A DNA stretch of 63,992 nt, counting the filler, from Stramenopiles sp. TOSAG23-3 (taxonomy: Eukaryota), in assembly GCA_900128585.1 (NCBI GenBank). It is 7 parts of 7 records of this genome, joined end to end, with 100 filler letters (N's around TTAATTAATTAA, not from the genome) between each part and the next. Parts side by side here need not be neighbours in the genome. Positions count along the whole stretch, not along the records: positions 55,432 to 63,992 come from LT643004.1; 6 more parts are not named here. The stretch is one strand, 5' to 3'. Each line of letters starts with the position of its first letter. Within the stretch, counting starts at the first letter, position 1. Shown one piece after another: positions 55,434 to 63,992 of the stretch. The translations under genes were made by a program, and so were the position numbers. The notes under the pieces are model-generated. The model made no database searches. It had not been told where the DNA came from and saw only the letters and a program-made list of their open reading frames with translations.

Positions 55434-58400
55434 ATGGAGAAAGAGCACATGAAGAAAACGAAAATAGAGAACCTTCGACGATCGCAAGAGAAAATAGTGA
55501 TGGGCCGAGTCAAGCGTGAAAAGCGTATTTTAGAGGAACAGGTAGCCGAAAAGATTGCACAGAAAAAAAAGGAACACTCTCGAACGCTAGTGGCGAAAAT
55601 AATTTTAGACTACAAGAATAAGGTGAAGAAATGGCCGGACTGCTACCGGGAAGTTTTGTGCTTGGGAATGTACGACGACCCGCAGTGGGTAGACGCCAGA
55701 GAAGAACACGACCAGGAAGCGGAAGAGACCTTCGCGGGGTATATGACAGAGAAAGAAGATGAGGTCCTGCTTCGGCAGTCCGTGGAGACACAAAGCATGA
55801 AAATTTTGCGGCAAAGCCAAGAGTTGCACAAAGACGCCGTCGCGGCAAGCTTTCAACAGTTCAAACAGGCCGCGACCGTCAAGCAGATATTGTCCATGTT
55901 TGCAAACCTGTATGAGAGCGTGGTGTCACCGGACGGGGAACTTATCCAAGTAGACATAAAGCCACAACGAGACACCGTTGGGTGTCGCGCGCTAAAGCAC
56001 TTTGAATGCCGAGCAAACGATGGGCGTTGGTGGCATGTTGGCCTTACGATGTGTAAAATTGCGGAACAGTTTGCAAAGAAATCTCAGGTGACATCCAACA
56101 TATTGCGCATGTCATCAGAAGCCTCGGTCCGCGTGAGCCAGCGCAAAAGGAGCGCAAAGGACCAAGACCATACCGTAATCCGGGATTCCAATTTTTTCTG
56201 TGAAATCCTCGCGAACGAATGGATCAATTGGACAAAAACGTGTGGTAGGTACTTCGAAGACGTTCAACTATCGGAAGAAAATGCAAAGCTGATGCAAATG
56301 TACAAAGAAGATGGGACGCTGATCACCGTGGCAGACAGGCTGGCCTTTAGCAGACGGCGAGTGGAGAGGCAAATGGTTCGGACAACTCAGGGCTATGAAA
56401 AATTAAACTACGTCATCTCTAGTATTTCAGAAACAGAGCGTGCGGCCAACAAAGTCTACCACCTTGAATGCTTGAAAGTCTGGAACCAAATGCAGCAAGG
56501 GAACGTTCCAAGACACGTGCTTGAGTCGTATCGTGCCGAGTACGGGGAGAACAGCGATATAAGCCCGGTAAAGCGACTGAAAATGTACGCCGATGAGGAC
56601 GTCGAGAGAAAAAGAATAGCGTTAGAAAAAGTAAAGAAAGAGGAAAAAGAAGAAAGTGAGAACAAATTTATTGCGTGGTCAAAAAACAAGGACAAACTGC
56701 AGCTTCGCGTTTCGAAAGATTTGGGGGCTTCGCTGGCCCATGGCCCGATACCATTTCAATATACGGGTCAAGGCCACACCCCCAAAGACAGGGCGTCCTC
56801 CCAACTTCCCAGCCAGTATATGACAGCAGGGAACCGCACTAGTATGCCCCCCACAAACTCCGCCATGCAGGCGGTGGTAAGCGGCAGAGAACGATTTTGG
56901 GCGAGAAAATCTCAAAACCAATGGAACGAATGGGAGGACCTTGAAAACAGCAAGAGGTTCCTCAAGCGCTTGGTAAAACTGAAGAGGGAAGAGAAGGAGT
57001 ATGAAAAAGAGCGTCTTGAAATGGCCGAAGAGGAGTTCTCCAATTTCGTTCAGTCCGCAAAGCGCATCGACCAAGCAAAAAATTACTTGCGCCAGCTCTC
57101 CAACGATCGAGCCTACAATGAGGGTATGTGGAAGAACGTTGCACGGTGCATGCTTGCGATTAGCCCGAGCCTGTCAACAAATTGGCTTGAGTGGTCCTTG
57201 GAGCATAGAGAAAAGACTCCGCTGCCAGGCTCGGTTACAATCGCAAAAGGGTCAAAGTTTGCACAGACGACAGCGGACTGGACCCGGCTGCTCTGGCGTG
57301 GAAACAAGATCCAGGTCGATGGGCACGAGGAATTGATTGTCGCCCACACTGGCACTTTCTCTGCTGCTGAAGTCCCGTTGCAAAAAGCGCCACTCCGCAG
57401 TGCTCGAGGGGTCAGTGCCACTTTGGTTGGATCGTGCTCAAAAGACAGCTGCCTAACCATATGGAGTAAATTATCGCGCCGCTTCAGCTCCCCAATGATG
57501 AGCGAAGAAAAGCTTGAACGAATAGCCCGGGCAAGACGGTTTGTGAAAGCGGAGTTCCAGCGATCGAAAGCCTTGCACGCTGCTCAAGACGATGTACTCG
57601 CCGAAGCCGCTCTGAAAAATTCCCGCCATGTTCAGGAGGAACTGAAAGAAATTACGAAGGTGGACGAAATCCAATTCATGAATAGTGACGGCTTCGAAGA
57701 CTTCTTCTACGTCCCGAAGTTGGACGAGTTTGGGGCCCCTCTCGATGAGAACTTTCAGGCTAATTCTCTGATTCTCTCAAAGGAAAACTACACCATCCAA
57801 TCAGTGCACGTTGGGGACTGTTTAAAGTTGGACGACACGGCGGTCGAATGGTGGGAAGTCATGTCCATAGACATAATCAAACAGGCTGTTCAAATCCGCC
57901 GATCTCATCGTGTCAAATCGATTGGTTTAGGCAGAGGGCTGCTTCGCATTGCTCAGCGAGAGGAGCAGCACTTATACATGCTTGAAATCAAAGAAGGGCG
58001 AGAAATTCCAGAGTGGATAAGTTTCCAAAGTTTGGAGAAAAAGAAAGTATACGTAAGGCGCATGGTCCCGCAAAAAGTAACGGACGGGAGCAACGATGGA
58101 GAAAATTGGGAGGACGAACGAGAAGATGTAGAATTACGGTTTCAGTTTGATCGGCTGTACCCGGTCACGGCCCTGCAGGAACTAGAACTTTACGTTAGAG
58201 AAGACTGCACGAAGAGAAAAGAGAACGAGGAAAAGGAACGCGTGCGTTCGTGGCACGCCGCACGGTCATGGCTACAAGTGCAAATCAAAGAAAAGGAAGA
58301 TTTTGTGAAGAACAACCTACCACGCCTGCACATAGAACGGTGCAACGACTACCGCTCGTGGCTCAGGGTCGGCAAATCGATGTACGATTTTGAGCAATCT

Positions 58401-60128
58401 TTGCAAACGTTTCGAAGGCACGCCGAAGAATTGCTCAGTGAGATCGGGGAGGACGCCAGATCCCATGAAAAGTCTGACACAGTCAGAACCTTTGGCGAGA
58501 AAGAAATCTTTCTGTTGCGAAAAGCCTTTTCCTGGTACGACCAGCGCGGCGAAGGGAGAATCACCTTTCGCGAGCTGCAAGCCGCGTTGTCCGAATTGAA
58601 GTGCGAGTTCGACCCATCCGATGCAATGGACTGGATAAGGGAGCAAAAGGCTTCGAAAGGGGACGGTACTGTGGGCTTTGGAGAGTTTTTTGAGTGGGTG
58701 TCCAACAATTCCCGGCATTACAGGGTAAAAGAGGCGTGGGTTGACGATGGCCAAACGACACCAGATCCGGAGAAACGAAAAGCTAACGAGGCGTGGCCGA
58801 ACCTAGAAAGGCACATTGACATGGCCTCGGGCGGTTCGCAAGGGCGCAAACTCTTGCATACTTGGACTGTTTGGACATCTCAATCAGACAAATGGAAAAT
58901 GATGGAAGAAAATGGCTTTAGTTTGCATGAAATGCATGCTCTGTGCGCCGAGGAGTGGGGACGATTTGATCGTTACAGGTTTCAGAAAGAAGGAATGGTG
59001 GAAGACATGGTAGAAAACGATGACATGGGCAGCGTGGGAAGGGAAAACCTTCCAAAAGCCTTGGCCATGTTCGACTTGCCCGCGGCAAAGGGGGCCTCCA
59101 TTGCCAGCAAAAAGATGGAGGAGGAGAGAATGAAGCAGCTGGACCCGATGACTGCGTGGTCAGTTCGGTCCTACGCCCTACTGATGACTCTGGATAGCAT
59201 ATGCAAGCGTCTCGGTCGGTGGAAAGAAGAAGACGAGAAGAAAATGCTCCGCGAGCAGCGTCGACGTCTAATTCCCCGACAGTTGAACGTGGAAACGGTG
59301 CAACAGTCTCACGCGGAAATCATTTGGGGTGCAAAAGGATGGCACGGGGGCGACGGCTACTCGTATGAGCTCAACGTCCGCTCGCTGCCCGCCGAAGTGG
59401 AAGGCAGCGGCGGCTTGGACTTTCGCCGCTACAAGCCTGTGTTTTCCGGTGTGGACAGGGCGTGCATTGTGGATCGTCTCAAGCCATGCACGCAGTACCA
59501 ATGCAGGCTGAAAATAACGACCGACAAGGGAATCAAGAAGTGGTCCAACCCTACCAGTTTTGTCACCCTTCCTGCTAACCCTGAAAACGTTCGTGTTGTC
59601 AAGAAAATGTACGTGGGCAATACCAAGGGGATTGCCTTCCTCAAGTGGAGCACTGGTGGGAACAAAAAGCGAGAGAAGGGCTACGTTGTGGAAGTGAAAG
59701 GTCTTGGCACCAAGTCTGCCGGCAACGGCGGCTGGACGTGCGTGTACAAAGGAAAGTTGGCCCAATGCAGCATCAATGACGTTCCTCTTGGGCGGTCAAT
59801 TACCTGCCGAGTGTGCGCCTTTAACAAAGCCAAAAAAAAAGGCCCGTGGAGCGGCACCGTGACAACCACGCTGAAGAAAAGTGCCAAACGGGAAAAAGCG
59901 CATAAGATGACCACAAGGACTGCCCCCAAACGCACCAAGGAGAACTTTGGCGCCCACCTGAAAAAGCTCGACACCGTGACTGCATCCCCTGAAAAACCGT
60001 TGCTAAAGCCTGCCAATGACTGGGTGGAACGATGGGATAGTGCGAGCGGTCATACGTATTACACCAGCAAATCAACTAAACAGGTGACCATGGAACTTCC
60101 AAAAGACCAGAGATTCACGTCTCCGTAA
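55434..60128 (+). CDS. large multidomain protein: coiled coils, two PriCT-2-like domains, EF-hand pair, two FN3 and a C-terminal WW (possibly 5' partial)
   Basis: ERCNDYRSWLRVG; DQRGEGRITFRE; DRLKPCTQYQCRLK; ITCRVCAFNKAKKKGPWS; WVERWDSASGHTYYTSKSTKQVTMELP. Confidence 0.8.
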   Translation: MEKEHMKKTKIENLRRSQEKIVMGRVKREKRILEEQVAEKIAQKKKEHSRTLVAKIILDYKNKVKKWPDCYREVLCLGMYDDPQWVDAREEHDQEAEETFAGYMTEKEDEVLLRQSVETQSMKILRQSQELHKDAVAASFQQFKQAATVKQILSMFANLYESVVSPDGELIQVDIKPQRDTVGCRALKHFECRANDGRWWHVGLTMCKIAEQFAKKSQVTSNILRMSSEASVRVSQRKRSAKDQDHTVIRDSNFFCEILANEWINWTKTCGRYFEDVQLSEENAKLMQMYKEDGTLITVADRLAFSRRRVERQMVRTTQGYEKLNYVISSISETERAANKVYHLECLKVWNQMQQGNVPRHVLESYRAEYGENSDISPVKRLKMYADEDVERKRIALEKVKKEEKEESENKFIAWSKNKDKLQLRVSKDLGASLAHGPIPFQYTGQGHTPKDRASSQLPSQYMTAGNRTSMPPTNSAMQAVVSGRERFWARKSQNQWNEWEDLENSKRFLKRLVKLKREEKEYEKERLEMAEEEFSNFVQSAKRIDQAKNYLRQLSNDRAYNEGMWKNVARCMLAISPSLSTNWLEWSLEHREKTPLPGSVTIAKGSKFAQTTADWTRLLWRGNKIQVDGHEELIVAHTGTFSAAEVPLQKAPLRSARGVSATLVGSCSKDSCLTIWSKLSRRFSSPMMSEEKLERIARARRFVKAEFQRSKALHAAQDDVLAEAALKNSRHVQEELKEITKVDEIQFMNSDGFEDFFYVPKLDEFGAPLDENFQANSLILSKENYTIQSVHVGDCLKLDDTAVEWWEVMSIDIIKQAVQIRRSHRVKSIGLGRGLLRIAQREEQHLYMLEIKEGREIPEWISFQSLEKKKVYVRRMVPQKVTDGSNDGENWEDEREDVELRFQFDRLYPVTALQELELYVREDCTKRKENEEKERVRSWHAARSWLQVQIKEKEDFVKNNLPRLHIERCNDYRSWLRVGKSMYDFEQSLQTFRRHAEELLSEIGEDARSHEKSDTVRTFGEKEIFLLRKAFSWYDQRGEGRITFRELQAALSELKCEFDPSDAMDWIREQKASKGDGTVGFGEFFEWVSNNSRHYRVKEAWVDDGQTTPDPEKRKANEAWPNLERHIDMASGGSQGRKLLHTWTVWTSQSDKWKMMEENGFSLHEMHALCAEEWGRFDRYRFQKEGMVEDMVENDDMGSVGRENLPKALAMFDLPAAKGASIASKKMEEERMKQLDPMTAWSVRSYALLMTLDSICKRLGRWKEEDEKKMLREQRRRLIPRQLNVETVQQSHAEIIWGAKGWHGGDGYSYELNVRSLPAEVEGSGGLDFRRYKPVFSGVDRACIVDRLKPCTQYQCRLKITTDKGIKKWSNPTSFVTLPANPENVRVVKKMYVGNTKGIAFLKWSTGGNKKREKGYVVEVKGLGTKSAGNGGWTCVYKGKLAQCSINDVPLGRSITCRVCAFNKAKKKGPWSGTVTTTLKKSAKREKAHKMTTRTAPKRTKENFGAHLKKLDTVTASPEKPLLKPANDWVERWDSASGHTYYTSKSTKQVTMELPKDQRFTSP

Positions 60129-60962
60129 AAATTTTAATACATGCGTATTAGATTAATAACAGCCAAATTTTTGTTTTTAGTCGTCAAATAGTCCTTTTCT
60201 AATACTACTCGATAGTTGTAAATTAAGGTAGTAAATATGGTAAGGGTTTTAATTACTATTTTTTATTAAATCAAAAGGTTTTTTAGTTTTCCAACCGTTG
60301 GCTTACAATACTACTACACAGCATTGAATTTACAATCTCTTTTGTTGGTGGTGGTTTCAGCTCTATTATTACTTGGTAATACACTCTATTTCTTTATATT
60401 ATTTAGATATTATTTATATATTATTATTATATAAGAAGAAGAAGAAGAAGAAGAANNNNNNNNNNNNNNNNNNNNNNNNNNNNNNNNNNNNNNNNNNNNN
60501 NNNNNNNNTTATTAGTCCCTATTGTGTCGTGTCCTATTCCTACTAATTATATTGAATTAAAAAATAAGCAAATAAAAAAAAAGTCTTCATTTTTTTTATC
60601 ATTATTTTTTAATAATAAATAATTAAATCAATCTGTCTTCTTCCCCATTCTCTCAATGCTAAATCAATGTTAAAATGTTGTTGTAATAAATAAAATAATG
60701 TTGGTGGTGTGGTGGGTGGGTTTTTCTTTTTCTCGCGCACAATTTTCGTTTTTTAGCACCGTTGAACCTTTCTCCACAATGCTTATTTGCTTTTCGAATG
60801 TGGGTTGTATTACAACCGGTATAAATTAGTAAAATGTTGTAATTTATAGGAATGAAATTAGTACTTTGTTGATAATCAAGACAAAAAAATCTGTGCGCAA
60901 TATCACTGTTTCGTGAAAATTATTTTTAAAGAAAGTGCGAAGAAGATTGTGTTAACAACAGA

Positions 60963-61571
60963 ATGAACGTAGACGATATTGACTGGAATGACCCTATCGC
61001 GGCCAACAAGCTCTTGAGGGAGAAACTAGCCATGCTAGAAATGCAACAAGGCAACCATAGTAGTCGGCCCGAACATATCGACGGTGGGTATGATTTCGAT
61101 GATGAAGAATATGAAGAAGAGGACTATGAACCTATGCCGCGCCAAAGGTTGGCGGTCCAGAAGCAACGGGCACCGCGACGTTCCAAGGGAACAACCGGCG
61201 GCGCAAAGCCTGGCAAACGAGCAAATAGGACGTTTGACAACAGAAGGTGCCAAGAAATTGATCGGGGAAACCAGGCGCTTGTCCGCCGCTTGGCCCAAGT
61301 TCATACACGAACAGAACGAAGTTCGGTTATGGGAGCGGCTCCACGTTCGAAGAAAATTGGTAGTGCAGGAATTAACCGCAAGAAAAAACAGTCAAAAATT
61401 GACAGGGAAAACGCACGTATTGCGTCAAGACTACGCTCCATGAGAGGATCTTCATCGATCAAAGCGACTCGACGATCCAAGAAAAATTCCAAAACATTCG
61501 GTCCAATGCCGATGAAGCAAACCACAAGACGAAGAAGGAGGGTGCTGCACGAAGCAGAATGGCAGGATTAA
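60963..61571 (+). CDS. CFAP97: CFAP97/KIAA1430-family ciliary protein
   Basis: NRTFDNRRCQEIDRGNQALVRRL...SAGINRKKKQSKIDRENARIASRL. Confidence 0.75.
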   Translation: MNVDDIDWNDPIAANKLLREKLAMLEMQQGNHSSRPEHIDGGYDFDDEEYEEEDYEPMPRQRLAVQKQRAPRRSKGTTGGAKPGKRANRTFDNRRCQEIDRGNQALVRRLAQVHTRTERSSVMGAAPRSKKIGSAGINRKKKQSKIDRENARIASRLRSMRGSSSIKATRRSKKNSKTFGPMPMKQTTRRRRRVLHEAEWQD

Positions 61572-61864
61572 CTGGAGATTGTATACGGTCCAACCGAAGG
61601 AAGAGAGGGGTAAAAAACAAAAAAAGGCACAGTACCCATATAAAACAAATAATATGAAAATAAAAAAAAATTGTCTGTTGTGTATTGTACAATATTGTAA
61701 GTTTTTTAATTAATGATAAACTTTTATAAACTGTTGTAGAATGAGGAGTTCTTAGAAGGATATATAATACTTTGTTGCTCTAAAAATATTCAACCGGCAG
61801 TATAGATGCCATCGGTATTTTTAAGAACCTCACAGGCTGCCGCAGCAAACCCTACACTACTTTT

Positions 61865-63604
61865 TTAACATTCTCGTTCGAACGGTTCCAAATACTTTAG
61901 ACCTATGAACTCCATCAGTTCTTTTTCTGTGCCAAAATATTTACGCTCCAAAATTTTTGTGGTGTTTCCCACCATCAACACGCGGGCCAGGCACTTCTGG
62001 GAGAGTATCCACCTTTCTCCATTGCCTTGTGGCCGATGATTGCTGCAGTTTAGCTTAAACTCGTCCTTGACATACTGGCGAATGCTTCTTTGGAAAAATT
62101 GGGAGCCAGACCATCCCAAAGTTGCAAAGGGCCAATGCGCCTGCGGGACAATAATTAAGTCAACTCTTCGGGCCGTAGAATTTTCCAACTCTTTAATAAT
62201 GGTCAGGGCTGGTCCATGGTACTCATTCGGCAATGCGCCCGAGCTCTTATTCACTTCAAGAGCGCTCCTTAACTCTATCACTTTGTAGAATTTCTGTTTC
62301 AACATGGAAATAACTTTGTTCCTCATGTGCTTTACGTCCATTGGGCAGGTCTTATCGATGAGAGTAAACAATATGTCTATATCGTGCCCCTCCGGTTTAA
62401 GTCTTCTTGTTCCGCCGCATACCTCGTGCTTCAAACCCAAAGGCGACAAAATCCTGGCTATCTTGCCCGCCAAGTGCAAACGACTTTCCAATGGGAACGG
62501 AGCTTGCATGTCTTCAAAGTAGGGCAGGCCTACCGCGATCACGTCCATTATTGCAGGCGATATTTCTTTAACCTTGCTGTTCTTTGTCCCTTTCATGTTC
62601 ATGGGACTGCCCTGGCTCCTCCCTTCTCCTGCGGCCCCCAGTCCACTTGGCACGGACGAGCTCAACGAGTTTACGTAATCCCGGATATCGCTGACTGAAC
62701 GGAAACCATTTTCGTACCATTTCAAAGCGGTGCTCGGCCCACACCCATGAATTCTACAGAAATGTCTACAAATGACGTACTCTTGATTTCTCTTAAAGTG
62801 TTCCAGTCGCTCGCAGGTGCCCGTGCGTAAAATTTCGTCTATCGTGTTCATCCACTTTGTAGACACATACTTGACGGCTTTCAACTCGCTACCACATTTT
62901 ATTTTATTTCTCCACCACTTGATCGTTGACAACACCCGAAGGAGAGACACTTTGTGCCTTGAATGGACGTAGCCCCCTGCTGGATAAGACGTTACGAACT
63001 TTAGTAGCTGCTCAAAGACATTTATTATGACCAAATTTTTTCCATGGTCCTTCAGCGTAGTGCTCCGCTGACAGGCATACTGGGGTAGTTTTCTTACGTC
63101 CGATTGAGACGAAGACCTCCACGACTGCAAAGTGGCTGCTGTGGGGGCTTCCTCTCTCGACGGGACGGGAGCCAGGACTTTGTCCTCCTTTAAAATAAAC
63201 TTTTCGTGGTTAAAGCTTTGGGAGCTTTTTAGTTGCCTCAATATCTCTATTGGGTTAGCAAGGAGCGCCAATGAATCTTTGGCCGAACTGAAGGCATCGC
63301 CCAGCGCTTTTTTAAGGTACAAGAGTACCTTGTCTTTGTCGCTGACTCCTTCAGAGACAACATAAATGACCGTGTAGCCTTCGTATGCGTAATCGTCCGG
63401 TAACGCGCTGGCCAACACAACGTCTAAACCCAACGCTTTCATTTGCTTATGTACAATTTTTCCTTGACGAAAAGAGAAATCTCCCTTGCCATCTAGTAAA
63501 ATAAACAGCTCGCCTTCATCACCATGATCAATGAAACTTCCTTCACTATCTGACGCTGGGGTCGAGTGTGACCGTTTTCGCTTCGCCAGCAAACCTCCAC
63601 TCAT
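61865..63604 (-). CDS. X-family DNA polymerase, Pol mu/TdT-like
   Basis: QYACQRSTTL, IHGCGPSTALKWY, GGTRRLKPEGHDID, RRVDL, ATLGWSGS, LKYLEPFER. Confidence 0.9.
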   Translation of the reverse strand: MSGGLLAKRKRSHSTPASDSEGSFIDHGDEGELFILLDGKGDFSFRQGKIVHKQMKALGLDVVLASALPDDYAYEGYTVIYVVSEGVSDKDKVLLYLKKALGDAFSSAKDSLALLANPIEILRQLKSSQSFNHEKFILKEDKVLAPVPSREEAPTAATLQSWRSSSQSDVRKLPQYACQRSTTLKDHGKNLVIINVFEQLLKFVTSYPAGGYVHSRHKVSLLRVLSTIKWWRNKIKCGSELKAVKYVSTKWMNTIDEILRTGTCERLEHFKRNQEYVICRHFCRIHGCGPSTALKWYENGFRSVSDIRDYVNSLSSSVPSGLGAAGEGRSQGSPMNMKGTKNSKVKEISPAIMDVIAVGLPYFEDMQAPFPLESRLHLAGKIARILSPLGLKHEVCGGTRRLKPEGHDIDILFTLIDKTCPMDVKHMRNKVISMLKQKFYKVIELRSALEVNKSSGALPNEYHGPALTIIKELENSTARRVDLIIVPQAHWPFATLGWSGSQFFQRSIRQYVKDEFKLNCSNHRPQGNGERWILSQKCLARVLMVGNTTKILERKYFGTEKELMEFIGLKYLEPFEREC

Positions 63605-63992
63605 CGGAATATTTTATTTAATTTCAGTGATGTGCTGTTTGCTTCATATGTATCAACTCTGGACAATTGTTGCGTTTGTTATTCATTCATTCGTTCGCTC
63701 GTTCGTTCGTTTGGTTGGTTGGTTGGTTGGTTTCTTGATTGTCTTTCTGTGAGTATTCTTATTAGTGTCTTCTACTGATGTATATTCTCATCGGCTTCGT
63801 TGTTTGAATCTATTTCATCTCTTCGCCTCAGCAGTCGGCCGCGGGCTTTCATTCTTCAGGCTTCAGGAACGGAAAACGGAAATCCTCTGAGAATAGAAGT
63901 AGTCAAATCCATAATAAAATGATAGGGTTACACAAAAATTAAGTATAATTATTGAGGTCTAAGCATTTACATCGACACAGCATCCTTCACTT

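Noticed and set aside
1024..63365. Numerous antisense and alternate-frame ORFs overlapping the main genes
   Set aside because: These are the expected shadows of GC-rich coding sequence and carry no independent motifs.

Overview
This window is not one locus. It holds seven unrelated contigs of about 9.1 kb, joined by artificial 100-nt N-TTAATTAATTAA-N linkers and sorted by decreasing length, so adjacency across linkers means nothing. Six contigs look like one compact, intron-poor genome of a flagellated protist (a marine stramenopile is my inference), with GC-rich CDS and AT/microsatellite-rich spacers. They encode RAB3GAP2, an atypical homeodomain protein, Wee1, an LYR protein, a PH-PP2A-B56 fusion, Yae1, RCC2, a dynein heavy chain fragment, an ABCB half transporter, a single-module ZPR1, EF-hand proteins, LZTFL1, EML, CFAP97, a PriCT-2/EF-hand/FN3/WW protein and a Pol mu/TdT-type X polymerase. 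One contig (36993-46114) is an AT-rich, gene-dense phage fragment with groEL-groES and a giant HExxH/HAD protein. The best leads are a ~22-nt element (AACAAGAAAATTGGCTGTTATT) recurring at gene 3' ends in four contigs, the protein with two interrupted PriCT-2-like domains, the phage contig, and the Pol mu/TdT-like enzyme. Several homopolymer frameshifts, abrupt mid-gene junctions and two 79-nt contig-end repeats suggest amplification or assembly artefacts. All protein family calls rest on motif recognition by eye, not database searches.
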